A DNA stretch of 64,000 nucleotides. Origin: the human T2T-CHM13v2.0 reference genome, Homo sapiens. Position numbers and translations under genes: made by a program. The notes below the pieces were generated by a model. That model worked only from the letters and a program-made list of their open reading frames with translations. It had not been told where the DNA came from and did no database searches. Shown here piece by piece: positions 34,090 through 52,204 of the stretch. The stretch lies in assembly GCF_009914755.1 (NCBI RefSeq), contig NC_060927.1; one strand, written 5' to 3'. Numbering within the stretch: position 1 is the first letter of the stretch; each line of letters starts with the position of its first letter.

Positions 34090-34968
34090 TTAGTTTATTA
34101 TTTTCATTTTTTCTTGTGTTAATTTCCTACTGACGTCTTTCACCATTTTGTCTCATGGGACTGAGGTGATGCTCTCATATATATATTTACCTACTTTTAT
34201 ATGGTATAAGTAGTAACTTTTTGACAATTAAAAAAATAGTCATACTGGTCAGGTGTTTCTCCTTTTAAATCTTGGTTTAGTTAGGTTTGTGCTAATCTGA
34301 ATCGGGCTGCCATGTACTTTGTTCATATCTCACTATGCTACTCATAAGGTTGTGCTGTAATTACTGGTTTACTTGTCCTCTCCTATTGAGCTATGAGCTC
34401 CTTTCTTTATACCCAGCATCTTCCGTAGGGTCTGCTACATAATATTTGCTCAAAATTGCTTGTTGAGGTTTTAGAAAAAAAAAAAACACATTTGAGCGAA
34501 AGAATGAAATGAAGGAGTGTACTGCAGTGATACCACCATTTTCGATTTCAAGAACTGGAGGGAGACCTGAACTTTCTTCCTTCAACCAGGAAGCCATAGG
34601 AAAAACCTCTGGCTGACCCTGTAGGGAAGTTGGAGAGCAGGACTTCCTCTCTCCCCTGGGGCCTCACCCAGGACTCCGAGGCCCTACTTAGAGAGCCCCT
34701 GGGGGTCTGGGTGGGTAGCTGCTTTCCTTTGGCGCCACTTTCTGGGCAAAAGATTCCAGTGTTTGGATTTTATTAGCCAATAAAATTAGGGGGAAAATGC
34801 TGGAAAAAAAATCACAGCACACTGTTGTTACTCTTGTGAATGAATAACATAACTGGCAACTACACTATTAATGTCTAAATGGATTTTCTGTGCTCCAAGC
34901 CAAAACACATTTCATAAAGTTACACAGAGATGGATAGTATCCCAGTTAATAAAAACAGTTGTGGGTGA

Positions 34969-35352
<384 letters not shown>

Positions 35353-35739
35353 GATTTTATTTTTTAAAAGTAAACATTCTATTAAATGGTTGAACTTAAA
35401 CATTATTACCAAATCCTAACTTTAAAAAGTATATGTATTGAGCAAGTGTTTGGAGATACAAACATGTAGATGGAACTTTATGAGTTATCTTGGATAATTT
35501 TCAACATTGTATTATCAACCAGTTTAATCCAATCCTAGTTTGCCCCAAGTCGTAAATAGGGATGTTTCATTTTAAATCACATTTAATTTATTTGTAGGAG
35601 TAATGTCCCTCCCAGATTGATGTACAGTTTTAGAATTTTAACTCAATACTTAAAGCAAAACAACTCTACAGATTCTGATTGCTGAGGATACTACCTTAGC
35701 TAAAAGAATTAGTTCTGTGATCACAATCTATTTTGATAA

Positions 35740-36048
<309 letters not shown>

Positions 36049-36364
36049 CAGAATTTGCCTTCTTTAGAGCTGCCATTATATTCATCCAAAGAAGAAAAGA
36101 AAGAATGCAAATCACTGTCCTGAAAGCCTGACAGACCCAGGACTTTCATCCGAAAAAGGTAACTTTTCATTTCATTCTTAGAAATCTTCCCAATCCCAAT
36201 AGATCTGTTTAGTGGGGATCAGTGGCTGGTGGCTGGATATCGCTTGAAATTGCAGCCACCTCTTGCAACAGGGCTATTTGTAACAATGGCTAGGAAATAT
36301 GTGGCACAGGACACAACCTGCTTGGACAAAGTAGGTAGCATCTTATATATATTTAATATATATA

Positions 36365-36790
<426 letters not shown>

Positions 36791-36819
36791 ATAGTAGTCC
36801 CTTTTATCACACATTAGTA

Positions 36820-38261
<1,442 letters not shown>

Positions 38262-39027
38262 ACCTGTATTTATGCTTTTATATTGATACGTATATTATAA
38301 AGCATACACCGAAATTGATATTGAAAAATGCATAAAGATCAATAAACCAATATTTGAAAATTTTTTACCTTGTTTATCCATAGTATATGAAAGAGTTTTG
38401 AGTGCAATCATCTTGAATATGTGCTATTTTAAAATAAACTTTTAATTTTGGAATAATTTTCTATTTCTAGAAAAGCTGTAAAGATAGTGCAGAGAGTTCT
38501 CCTGCGCCTTTCCTTGTGGCGTGTGCATGGCGGGGGTGCGGGAAGCAGATGGTGCCTCCCAGATCGATAGCATCCGTGATACCCAGGAGAAAGTATTGAC
38601 CTACTCTCAACATCAAAGCCCAGCTTTGCTTCCACCATCTTCCTGCCTCAGTTTCCTCATCTGGAAACAGGGATGAAATTGTGACGATGAGTAGATCCTG
38701 CTCTGTCCTATGTTAACTAAATGACCCCGAAGAAGACATTTGACTGTTTAAGGTACAGTTTTCTCCTCTGTAAGGTGGAGAGAGTCATACCTTCCTCACA
38801 AGGGTGTAAGAAGAGGGGTAGTTGTTCAGCTCTAGGCCACTGGTCATCTGATCTTCCCTTTCTTTATCCCTCACCCATGTTTTCCAGGTTTCTCCTTAGC
38901 TCTGTTCTTGTTTGTGGCTGTAAAAATGCCAAAAGACAGATCAAATAGCCACATGGTATGTTCAGATGCACCATGAAAACTTGCTCTAAATACACAGCTC
39001 ACAACGTGTGCATTTGTGTGACCTTGT

Positions 39028-39029
<2 letters not shown>

Positions 39030-39080
<51 letters not shown>

Positions 39081-39095
39081 ATAGAAAGAGAGAGA
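39030..39095. repeat. (TG)n(AG)n compound microsatellite
   Basis: Directly visible. Confidence 0.95.
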
Positions 39096-39519
39096 CATTG
39101 GTGACCCCTTACAGACCTTCCAGTCTTGAGATTCTTTGTATCAAGATAGGCAGAATCTAGGCTGGATGCTTTTTATGCTGGAAGTTGTCTTCAGCTCCGT
39201 AGTCCTCTGGAAAATTCCAGGAGGAGGCTTCTTCAGTACATATGTCTGAGAAGCGCTGATTTGTTCTAAAACGAGCAAGTGTGTGGGTTGCTACGCACTG
39301 CTCCTCAGCACACTCCCCTCGCCCCCACTTCTGCCAGCACCAGCCTTGCCTTCAGCTCAGGAACCTCTGCTACCATAGCTCCTTTCTCTCCAGACTCCCT
39401 GGGGGGGAGGGGACACGCCCCAGGGTCTGGTCCTCAGCCCTTTTCTCCTCTGGTTGCATGATGACAAAGATCACAGAACACCCGTTTTAGAGTCAGCTGT
39501 TCTTAGATCATTTTGTTAA

Positions 39520-39700
39520 TGTGTCTCAGTCCTGGCTACATTCTGGAATCTCCTGGGGGAGCTTTTAACACATACAGATTTCTGGGTTCCACCCTCGGAG
39601 ATTTTCAAGTAATTGGCCTGGGAAGAGGCCCAGGCATTGGTATGTTTTTAAAGCTCGCCTGAAGAGATCCTAAAGTTCCGCCACGATTGAGAACCATTGG
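39520..39700. mobile_element. MER5-type hAT MITE
   Basis: ctggctacattctggaatctcctgggggagcttt...ttgagaaccattg. Confidence 0.65.
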
Positions 39701-40164
39701 CTCGGTCTAGGATTTTGCAGACCACCTCTTACAGAAAGCAGGGATGTCTCTCTTGTTCACCACTGTTCCCCCTAGCAATGCAAATATTTGTTGAATGAAT
39801 GATCAGACTCACTCCTCAAAGCCTTGGGGAGTCCCTGCCTCTCGTGCAGGGCTCGGGAGAAGAGGGCCAATTTTCTGGTCTCTAGGCCCCCATTCCTACT
39901 TTTACAGGAGCACCTCAGTTTTATCTGTTAATTTTCAAGAATGCTTCCAGGTAAGATAGAGGAACCCCTCACTACTGATAGAGTGTGGTGGTTCTACACA
40001 GGAGAACAGGGGCCATGTCTCCTGATGGAGCAGAATGGCCTGAAGAACAAGCATTCCTGTGATAAAATTTCAACACACCATCATTCACAAGTGAAGTTAT
40101 GTAGTTTAAGAATAATTTCATTATACAATTATAGAGTTCAATAGGTTACAGCCTTTTTTCATAA

Positions 40165-41033
40165 TAGCCTTTATTTTTTAGAATGGTTTTAGATTCACAG
40201 AATAGTTGAGATGACAGTACAGAGTTTCCGTATACCCTGCACCCAGTTTTTCCCTACTACTAATGCCTTATATTAGTAAGGTACATTTGTTACAGTTAAC
40301 AAACCAAGATGGATCCATTACCATTAACTAAAGTTCATACTCTGTTCAGATTTCCTTACTTTTTGCCTAATGTTCTTTTTCTGTTTCAGGCTCTCATCCA
40401 AAATATCACATTATGTTTGTAGTTGCCATGTATCCTTAAGCTCTTCTTGGTTATGGCAATCTCTCAGACCTTCATTTTTTTTTATGACGACCAGTTTTGA
40501 GGAGTACTGATCAAGTTTTGAAGAATGCCCCTGTATTGGAATTTGTTTTTCTCATTGTTTAACTGGGGTTATGGGTCTTTGGGAGGAAGTCTGCAGAGGT
40601 AAAGTGCCATTTTCTTAACATCGTGTCAATCTATTAATATAGTTTGTCACCGTTAATGTTGACCTTGATCTGCTGGTTGGGGTAACGTTTGTCAGGTTTC
40701 TCCACTGTAAAGCTACTTTTCCCATTTCCCCTTGACCTAACTGTGCTCTTTGGAATGAAGTTACTGTGCACAGCCCACGCTTAAGGAGTGGGGAGTTACA
40801 TAACCCTCCTCGAGTGGGCAGCATCTATGTACTTTATTTGAAATTCTTCTCCATGGAAGATCCTTCTTTCCTTCCTTCCTTCCTTCCTTCCTTCCTTCCT
40901 TCCTTCCTCCCTCCCTCTTTCCTTCCTTCTTTCCTTCCTTCCTTCCTCCCTCCTTCCTTCCTTCCTTCCTTCCATCATTTATGTCAATGTGAACTCTGGA
41001 TATTTAGTTTATATTTTGGTTTACAATCCAATA
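40165..41033 (-). mobile_element. L1MB/MC fragment (resumes at ~45902-46090), contains (CCTT)n at 40862-40973
   Basis: gacagtacagagtttccgtataccctgcacccagttt...; the text continues after Tigger1 with ttgttccagctttggccattgggag. Confidence 0.75.
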
Positions 41034-41360
41034 CAGGAATACCTCGAAGATATTGTGAGTTCAGTTCCAGACCACTGCAATAAAATAAATATCACAATAA
41101 AGCAAGTCACATAATTTTTTTTGGTTTCCTGGAGTGTATAAAGTTATGTTTACACTATACATGTTTATAGTCTATTAGGTGTGCAATACCATTAGGCCTA
41201 AAAAATGTACATACTTTAATTAAAATGACTTTGTTGCTAAAAATGTCAATGATCACCCAAGTCTTCAGTAAGTCATAATATTTGTGCTGGTGAGAGTCTT
41301 ACCTTGATATTGATGGCTGTGATTAGTCAAGGTGGTGGTTGCTGCAGGTTGAGGAAGCTG

Positions 41361-41600
41361 TGGCGATCTTGGGTCACTGCAGCTTCAACCTTCTGGGCTC
41401 AGGTGATCCTCCCACCTCAGCCTCCCGAGTAGCTGAGACTACAGGCATGTGCCACCATGCCTGGCTAATTTTTTGTATTTTTAATAGAGATAGGGTTTCA
41501 TCATGTTGCCCAGGCTGGTCTTGAGCTCCTGGAATTAAGCAATCCACCCACTTCAGCCTCTCAAAGTGCTCAGATTACAGGCATGAACCACCGCTCCTGG
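41361..41600 (-). mobile_element. AluJ lacking its 3' end and tail, within Tigger1
   Basis: Begins at gtggcgatcttgggtcactgcagc with no poly-T. Confidence 0.85.
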
Positions 41601-42681
41601 CTGATAATTTCTTAAAATAAAACAACCGTGAAGTTTGCTGCATCGATGGACCCTTCCTTCCATGGAAGATTTCTCTACAGCACCCAATGCTGTTTGATAA
41701 CATTTTACCCAGAGTAAAATGTTAAATGCCTTCAAAACTGGAGACAAATCCTCTCAAACCCTGCTGCTGCTTCACCAACTACGTTTATGTAATATTCTAA
41801 GGCCTTTGTTGTCATTTCAACAATGTTCATAACATCTTCATCGGGAGTAGTTTCCGTCTCAAGAAGCCACTTTCTTTGCTCATCCGTAAGAAGCAACTCC
41901 TCATCTGTTCAAGTTTGGTCATGCGATTGCAGCAATTCAGTCACATCTTCAGGCTCCTCTTCTAATTCTAGTTCTCTTGCTATTTCTACCAGTAACCGTA
42001 GATTACGTTCTCCACTGAAGTCTTGAACTCCTCAAAGTCATCCATGAGGGTTGGAATCAACTTCTTCCAAATACCTGTTAATGTAGATATTTTGAAATCC
42101 TTCCATGAATCATGAATGTTATTAATGGCATCTAAAATGGTGAAACCTTTCCAGAAGGTTTTCAATTTACTTTGCACAGATCCATCAGAGGAATCATTAG
42201 CTGTGGCAGCTATTGCATTCACAAGATTTATTTTTTTAAATAATAAGACTTAAAAGTTGAAATTACTCTTTGATCCATGGATGCAGAATGGATATTGTGT
42301 TAGCAGGCATGGATACAGCATTAATCTCCTTGTACATCTCCATCAGAGCTCTTGGGTTACCAGGTGCATTGTCAATGAGCAGTAATATTTTGAAAAGAAA
42401 TCTTTTTTTTATGAGCAGTAGGTCTCAACAGTGGGCTGAAAATATTCCATAAACCATGCTGTAAACAGATGTGCTGTCATCCAGCCTTTGTTGTTCCATT
42501 TCTAGAGCACAGGCAGGGTAGATTTAGCATCATTCTAAAGGGCTCTAGGATTTTTGGAATTGTAAATGAGTATTGGCTTCAATTTAAAGTCACCAGCTGC
42601 ATTAGCCCCTAACAAGAGAGTCTGTCTTTCCTTTGAAGCTTTGAAGCCAGGCATTGACTTCTCTCAGTTGTTAAAGTTCTA

Positions 42682-43041
42682 GGCCAGGCTTGGTGGCTCA
42701 TGCCTGTAATCCCAGCACTTGGGGAGTCTGAGGCAGCAGGACTGCTTGAGCCCAGAAGTCAGAGACCAGCCTGAGCAACATAGTGAGACTTCATCTCTAA
42801 AAAAAAAATTAGCCAGGTGGTGGCTTGTGCCAGGAGTCCCTGCTGCTAGGGAGGCTCCTAGGTGACAGGATCGCTTGTGCCAGTAGACCCAGCTACTAGA
42901 GAGCTACTAGGTGAGAGAATGACTTGAGCCTTGGAGGTGGAAGTTGCTGAGAGCCAAAATCGCACCACTGCACTACAGCCCAGGTGACAGAGCAAGACTG
43001 TTAAAAAAAAAAAAAACAAAAAGAAAAAAAACAAAAGAAAA
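42682..43041 (+). mobile_element. AluJ with an internal ~50-bp duplication, within Tigger1
   Basis: gcttgtgccag...ctaggtga occurs twice. Confidence 0.85.
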
Positions 43042-43068
43042 GATGGCATCTTCTTCCAACAGGAGGCC

Positions 43069-43375
<307 letters not shown>

Positions 43376-44080
43376 TTAGTGTAGCCACCTTCACCAACAA
43401 TCTTAGCTAGATCTTCTGGATAACTTGCTGCAGCTTCTCCATCAGCACTTACTGCTTTGCCTTGCGCTTGTATGTTATAGAGATGGCTTCTTTCCTTAAA
43501 CCTTATGAACCAACCTCTGCCGGCATCCAAATTTTCTTTTGCAGCTTCCTCACCTCTCTTAGCCTTCATAGAACTGAAGAGAGTTAATCCAGTTGCTCTG
43601 GATTAGACTTTGGCTTAAGGGAATGTTGTGACTGGTTTTGATCTTCTAACCAGACCATTCAAACTTTGTCCATATCAGCAAACAGGCTGTTTTGCTTTCT
43701 TACTATTCATGTGTTCTCTGGAGGAGCACTTTTAATTTCCTTCAAGAACTTTTCCTTTGCGTTTATGACTTGGCTAACTGTTTGGTGCAAGAGCTTTTGG
43801 CCTATCTTGCCTTTCAATATGCCTTCCTCTCTAAATTTACTTATTTCTAGCTTTCGATTTAAAGTGAGAGATGTGCGACTCTTCCTTTCAACACTCAGAG
43901 GCCATCGTAGGGTTTTTAATCAGCTTAATTTCAATATTGTGTCTTAGGGAATAAGGAGGAGAGAGAGAGAGAGAGAGACAGGGAACAACAAGCTGGTGGA
44001 GCAGTAAGAACGCACACATTTATTGATTAAATTTGCCCTATGATGCCCCAAAACAATTACAATAGTAGCATCAAAAATCA

Positions 44081-44385
<305 letters not shown>

Positions 44386-44630
44386 TCACAGAAGACTGTA
44401 ATAGATATAAAAATAATGAAAAAGAATTGAGTATTAAAATATTGTGAGAATCACTGAAGTGCAACACAGAGACACAAAGTAAGCAAATGTTATTAGAAAA
44501 ATGGCACCAATAGACTTGTTTGATGCAGGTTTGTCACAACCTTCAATTTGTAAAAAACAAAACAAAACAAAAAACAACACACACACACACACACACACAA
44601 TGTCTGTGAAGCGCCATAAAGTGAAGCACA

Positions 44631-45867
44631 TGGGATAACTAGCTACCCATATGCATAAAATTGAAACTGGATCCATTCCTTACACCATATACAAAAATCA
44701 ATTCAAGATGATTTAAAGACTTAAATATAAAACCCAAAACTATAAAACCCTAGAAGAAAACCTAGGCAACACCATACCATTTAGGTGCTAGGCACCGGCG
44801 AAGATTTCATGAGAAAGGTGCCAAAAGCAACTGCAACAAAAGCAAAAATTGACAAATGGGATCTAAATAACTAAAGAGCTTCTGCGCAGCGCAAGAAACT
44901 AGCAACAGAGTAAACAGACAACCTACAGAATGGAAGAAAAGTTTTGCAAACTATGCATCTGACAAAGGTCTAAAATCCACCATCTATAAAGAAGTTAAAC
45001 AAATTTGTAAGAAAAAAACAACCCCATTAAAAAGTGGGCAGAGAACATGAACAGACACTTCTCAGAAGAAGACATATGTGCGCCCAACAAACATCTGAGA
45101 AAAAACTCAACATCACTGATCATTAGAGAAATGCAAATTAAAACCACAATGAGATACTGTCTCATACCAGCCAGAATAGCTATTATTAAAAAGTAAAAAA
45201 AAAAAAAAGATGCTGGTGAGGTTGTGGAGAAAAAGAAACAGTTTTACACTGTTGGTAGGAGTGTAAATTAAACCACAGTGGAAGACAGTGTGGCAATTCC
45301 TCAAAGACTAGAGACAGAAGTACATTCCACCCAGCAATTTCATTACTGGGTAAATACCCAAAGGAATATAAATCGTTCTACCATAAAGACACATGCACAC
45401 ATATTTTCATTGCAGCACTATTCACAATAGCAAAGACACAGAATCAATCAAAATGCCCATCAACGATAGACTGGATAAAGAAAATGTGGTACATATACAC
45501 CATGGAATACTACACATCCATAAAAAGAATGAGATCATGTCCTTTGTAGGCACATGGATGGAGCTGGAGGCCATTATCCTTAGCAAACTAATGTGGAACA
45601 GAAAAGCAAATACTGCATGTTCTCATTTATAGGTGGCAGCTAAATGATAAAACACAGGGACACATAGAGGGGAACAACACACACTGGGCCCACTGGAGTG
45701 CGAAAGGTGGGAGGAGGGAGAGGATCAGGAAAAATAACTAGTGGGTACTAGGCTTATTACCTGGATGATGAAGTAATAGGTACTACAAACCCCCGTGACA
45801 CACATTTAACTATGTAACAAACCTGCACATCCTGCACATGTACCCCTGAACTTAAAAGTTAAAAAAA
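44631..45867 (+). mobile_element. 5'-truncated older L1PA (PA13-16-like) inserted next to the Tigger1 TIR
   Basis: ORF2 3' end and 3' UTR; TSD ataaagtgaagcaca / ataaagtgaggcaca. Confidence 0.9.
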
Positions 45868-46259
45868 ATAAAGTGAGGCACAATACGATGAGATATTCCT
45901 GTACTTGTTAATTTTGCTGCTTAAGTTGTTCCAGCTTTGGCCATTGGGAGTTCTTTCACCTAGTTCTTATTCCTTTGAAATATGACCACCAATTTTTAAA
46001 AATTTATTTATTTTTTAGCATTTCCTTACTTTCTGGCACTACAAGATGCTACAGTCTCGTGTTTATTTCCTGCCCCAGATTGTAGCCATTTATTTGTGTT
46101 GTTCTTTTGTACTCCTTAATTTCAGATTAATGTTGTATTTTTTCCCTCAGAATAGCTGAAAAATTAAAAAAATATTAGAATGGTGTGTCAGATAGGGTCT
46201 TGTGATATGGTCCAGCTTTAAAGATTTGTAAGTTGTTTTGATTTCTTGGTTGAAGTAAA

Positions 46260-46903
<644 letters not shown>

Positions 46904-46934
46904 ATATATATGTTCCTTTAAAAGAGACCTTTCT

Positions 46935-47274
<340 letters not shown>

Positions 47275-47319
47275 AGAGACCTTTCCTTTGTACTTATGAC
47301 TTGGATGTTTGTTGCAAGA

Positions 47320-47399
47320 GGCCTAAAACTTTTATACAGTTATAACTGTATAACTGTATAAACTGTATAACTTTTATAACTGTATAAAAGTTTTAGGCC
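47320..47399. repeat. Perfect 26-bp inverted repeat around a (TATAACTG)-like spacer
   Basis: ggcctaaaacttttatacagttataa (47320-47345) / ttataactgtataaaagttttaggcc (47374-47399). Confidence 0.95.
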
Positions 47400-47689
47400 G
47401 TAGATATTTCCCTGCTGAGCCTCTGCTGCCCCTTGGCTGCCTAAAAGTGAACCAAGGCACCAAGGAATGAAGGCCTTCAACAGTCGCCAGCCTTCAACAG
47501 TCATGGTCAAGAGAGAGAGTGACAAAATTGGGACATGGAAAAAAAGCTGACCCAGCCCATAGGCCAGGACAGCTGAGCCATCCCTTAAGCTGGCTGCTGA
47601 CCACAGGTCTTTGTTAACAGCCCTTCTTTGCCAATAATGTAACTTCAGTTGTTGTATTTATTATTTTACTAACCATGTGGTACTGGTGA

Positions 47690-48000
47690 TTCACTCAATA
47701 AGTGTTCAGCGAGAACATCTGCTATGTGTTAGGCATCTCGCTGGGCACGGCTGGAGATAATAAGCAAGACAGGAAACTAGGAAGCTAGGAACCAACTCCT
47801 AGAAACTTAAAGTGCAGGGGAAGAGATAAGATAGGAAAGTATATGGATAATTACAAATGGAATGTAACAGGTACTCTGGGGCCGTATAATTCTCTAGGAG
47901 AGTCTTATTCTCTTTTGGGGTATCAGGGAAAGTGCCATAGAGCAGGAGATATTTGCATTGGGTCTTGACAAATGAGTAGAAGTTTGCCAGGCAGAGAAAG
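47690..48000 (-). mobile_element. L2 fragment
   Basis: attcactcaataagtgttcagcgagaacatctgctatgtgttaggca...ttgacaaatgagtagaagtttgccaggcag. Confidence 0.65.
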
Positions 48001-48519
48001 GGTCACTTCAAGTTGGGAAATGAAGTCAGGCTCTATGAATACAGCTTAGGGTTGTGAAAAGTCCCGCCAGGCACATCAGGAACCCTAGAGAGGTCAGCGA
48101 ACCCAAAATGTAATAACGATTTGGTATTCTTTCCTAGATTAACAGTTCCTGTACCAGACTCATCTTCGTAACTCTAGCACCCAGACAGCTCATGGAGAAT
48201 AGTAGGTGCTCCACAGCGTTTGTTGAGTGAATAAAAGAAAACATGCAACATGCATTCTAAATTGACTTCTTCAATGTATGCGAATATTTGACTATAAAGA
48301 CGTGCAGCATAACATTATACACAATAAAAACCTCAAAAGAACTTACATTTTCAGGTTGGTTAGAAAAAGCATGGTATGTTCACGAATACAACAGAATTTG
48401 ATGTAGCCAATAACAATAAATATTATATTTATGAATATGGAAGAGTATTTAAATATATTGTTGAGTGGGAGTAAAAGGTTACAAAACCAAAAGGTACAAT
48501 ATGAACAAGTTTTGTAAAT

Positions 48520-48553
48520 TATATATTGTGTATGTAGATATATACACACACAC

Positions 48554-48591
<38 letters not shown>

Positions 48592-48610
48592 GTATATGTA
48601 TATATATGAA
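48520..48610. repeat. (TA)n/(CA)n microsatellite inside an old L1M fragment
   Basis: Directly visible. Confidence 0.9.
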
Positions 48611-50699
48611 CTATCTGAAAGGATTTTTTGCAAATTTATGGATTATTTTGATTTTCTATTTTTGGTTTACTACTTTTTCTAATTTTTCTATAATGCATAT
48701 ACATTAAATGTGTAATAAGAAAAATGCTTTTAGAAAACTAAAAGTTTTGAGAAAAAGTGTTTACTGAAAGTGTTTGGTTCCTAAGTGATGGTTTCCTGAC
48801 CATTGTCTCGTTTAATTCTCACTACTGCCCTGGGTTAGAGGCAAATCTGGCATTACTATGAGTGAGAAGTGTTAGTATTGGGAACTGAGGCTCAGAGCCT
48901 AAATTCGGCCTTGCCTAAATTCTCACATCTGGTAACTGGCTGAGCTGGAAGTCATCCACAGACCTCTCAACTCCAAGGGAGATTATCCTGGGGGAGGCAG
49001 AAAACAGCCACAGCGATATTCCAGGGCTTTTTCCAGACATTGCAGCTTTTGAAGATGATACTGTGGAAGAATATTTGAAAATATGCAAAGAGGTCCACAA
49101 ACAATTTTTAAGTAAAAAAAAAAGCAAGTTACAGAAGTATCATCCCATTTCAGTAAAAACTAATGTTTGCATAAACATGGAAAATAAAAAGCAATAGAAT
49201 ATATTGTCAAGTCAAAAAGCTGAATGCAATGTATGTGATATGCTACCTTTTGTAGTAAGACAGGGGTAAAATAAGAATTTATGTTTGTACTTGTATTTGC
49301 ATTAGACAACATTAGAAGGATGTAAAAACAATCAGAGTTTACCTGAGAAGGTGGAAGTGGGTGGGAAACATGATGGAGGGGGAAGGGGAGGGGCAATACT
49401 TCTCAAGGAATATCTTTTTAATGCCACTTTGATTTTGAACCATGCCAAAACCAAAAATTAAAACAATTTTAAATGTGGTAGACATAGCAAAATGCTTATT
49501 TTTGGGTAGTAGAGAAACAGAATATGTATTCCCTTCTCTTGGTGCATCTATATTTTCTCAATGTTTTACATGTGTAAGAAAGGAGTTATTTTGAAACATT
49601 TTTTTCGAAACTTATTAAAGTCTTTGTACCCCATGGTTGAAAAGAGGAGTTGAAGGAGATTTCAAAAGGATTTCAGGAAAAAAAGGCATCCCGTAGGATA
49701 CTGTAAAAAGGAATCCTTTTTTTTTCACCTGAATCTGTTTATCCCTTCAGCCTGCCAGGCTGCAAAGATGCATTCTGGACCTGGTTTCCATTTTAGGAAT
49801 AGTCCCTAGAGTTCCCTCTGGAATTGCATTCAGGATACTCCTTGGCTAAAAGGTGATTTCTCACTACAAGGCTAGTCCTCCCCAGCCCCAATGTTGATTC
49901 AGATAATGCTCAAAAAAGAATCCCACACCACCTACTTTCAGGGAAATGGAAGACGTCCAGTCCAAATATATTCTCTGGGCCTTTAGCATTTTTGATTGAT
50001 TGTGAATTTAAGGTATTTTTAACTCAATTCAAGTGCTTCTGTCTCCAGAGACTGCTCCTCCTCTGCTCCTCGGCTGTGTTGCCTGAGTTGTATTCGGTGA
50101 AGTTTGGCTGGGTGTTTGTTGACACATTTTCTGGGCAAGGCTATTTGAGAAACATTGACATTTCCCCTAACTTCCTCTCCAGGCATCAACCCAGTTTGTC
50201 TCCTTATCCCTGTTGGTGCTCCAAGTCTCTTTCTTGGAAGCGAAGAATCTGCTTTCGTCTTCACAATCACTTTCAGATTTTTTCTTCTCTCTTTCTTTAT
50301 TTCCTTCTCCAGACTTGTCTCTATTCCCTCAGCTTGGGCCTCTGCCCAGTCAGCTTCCGAAACATGCTGTCTCCCTAAGCACACAGTCCTCTCCTCTCAA
50401 ATTTGGAAAGGTCCTCGGAAATCTTTTTACTTTTGCAAAATAATCAGGAATCTCCTCTACCACATCTTGGCCAGATGGTCATCCAATGTCTTCTTGAACG
50501 CCCCTAATGACAGAGAGCTCACTCTCTTTCAAACCGTTGTTAGTGTTTCCTAAGGAAGCCGAGAGCAAGCTGGAGGTCCCCTTGCTTGCTCTTTAGTTAG
50601 TTTTCATCCGAGTGAAAAGAATGGCCCGAGGGAAGGAGGATGGAAAAGAGAAGAGATCATTGCCCAGTCTGGACTAAAGGGAGCAGGTCTGAGACTGGC

Positions 50700-50950
50700 A
50701 TTTCCCCCAAAGGCAATGAGGTAGCCTAGAAAGAGCTCTGCATTTGGCCTCAGAAGACAGGACCTCATCCCGGCTCCATCTTTCACTTACTGACCCAGTA
50801 ATCTGGGTCATTCGTACTGAGTCTAGCTTCTCTTATTTATAAAATTGGAGGTGTAATTACTTCATAGGACTAATGGGAGTGTTGAATGAAATAATGCAGG
50901 TGGAAATGCTTTGTAACTAGAAAGAGTCTTGCAAACAAGAGCATAGTTAT
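50700..50950 (+). mobile_element. MIR
   Basis: tctagcttctcttatttataaaattggaggtgtaat...aatgaaataatgcaggtggaaatgctttgtaa. Confidence 0.65.
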
Positions 50951-51269
50951 CATCTAAGATGCTAGATGCTTAGCTTGGTAAATCTGTGAACTAGCTTAGC
51001 CCAAGGAGGTTACAAAGTGGAGAGTTTGTGGATTTACTCTGCCTGTACCTATGTGTCATTGGCAGAGTCAGCTTGTGGCCACCGTGGCCTCCTCTGAGGG
51101 GAAAACTGCAATGTGATGACAGAATCTGGGCAAGTCGGAGGCTGAGGATGTGAGTTCTCATCTGGAATAAAATGCTCATTTTCAAGATGAATAAGATGGG
51201 TTGGCGACTTGCCCAGTCCTATGGCTCACTACGGTGGGCTGGACTGTGACCCTAGAAGCCTGATTTCTA

Positions 51270-51490
51270 GGCACAGCTGCTGTGAGGTTTCTGACACAGG
51301 TGCAGTTGTTATGTCGGATAGTATAATCTTCATTGTGCAGGACTTCCTGGATCACTGTTGCAAGTTTAACATCTCTGGTCCTCATCCACTAAATGGCAGT
51401 TGCAGCCCCTTGTCTTAAGGCTATTAAAAAGGCCCCCACACATCTGCCATTTCTTTTGGGGGCAGTACTTCCCCTGGTTGACAACCACTG
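51270..51490 (-). mobile_element. MER20-like hAT MITE
   Basis: Minus strand begins cagtggttgtcaaccagggg...tgccccc. Confidence 0.65.
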
Positions 51491-51840
51491 GGAACTTCAG
51501 TGATACATCCTGTAAAGTGGAAAGAATATTGGATCATGAGTTAGAAAATAATGTCTGCCCTTAACCAGCTCTGTGATCTAAAGAAAATGATTTCATGTCT
51601 CTAAGCATTAGCTTCCTCATCTATGGAAAGAGGGAGCACATCCAGAGGCTCTCTGAGGTCTCTTCCACGCCTCTGTGCCCCAGGCCTCCCTCTCTGGCCT
51701 GCCTGCACCCAAAAGCCTCTATCAGTGAGCTTTCATGTTAGGTCTTGATATGATAGGTGATTTGGGTTCTTTTATATACACCTTTCTATATTTTCTAAAT
51801 GTTATACATTGAATATATATTGTTTTTCGTAGTCACAAAT

Positions 51841-52204
51841 TGATATGGCTTGATAGTGTCCCCACCCAAATTTAATCTTGAACTGTAGCTCCCATAATTC
51901 CCATGTGTTGTGGGAGGGACCTGGTGGGAGGTAATTGAATCATGGGGGCAGGTTTTTATTGTGCTGTTCTCGTCATGGTGAATCAGTCTCACGAGATCTG
52001 ATGGTTTTATAAAGGGCAATTCCCCTGCACATGCTCTCTTTGCCTGCTGCCATGTAAGACACGCCTTTGCTCCTCCTTCGCCTCTTGCCATGATTGTGAG
52101 GCTTCCCCAGCCATGTGGAACTGTGAGTCCATTAAACCTTTTTCCTTTAGGAATTACCCAGTCTCTGGTATGTCTTATTAGCAGTGTGAAAAGGGACTGA
52201 TACA
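51841..52204 (+). mobile_element. THE1B/C solo LTR
   Basis: tgatatgg...gtccccacccaaat...gggactgataca; perfect 5-bp TSD caaat. Confidence 0.92.

Noticed and set aside
47320-47399. Possible MADE1/mariner MITE because of the 80-bp length
   Set aside because: The sequence does not resemble the MADE1 TIR as I recall it, and there is no TA duplication at the ends.
49992-50553. Overlapping 120-130-aa ORFs, one charged and coiled-coil-like
   Set aside because: Explained by purine/pyrimidine strand bias; non-ATG starts, no clear splice signals, no known domain.
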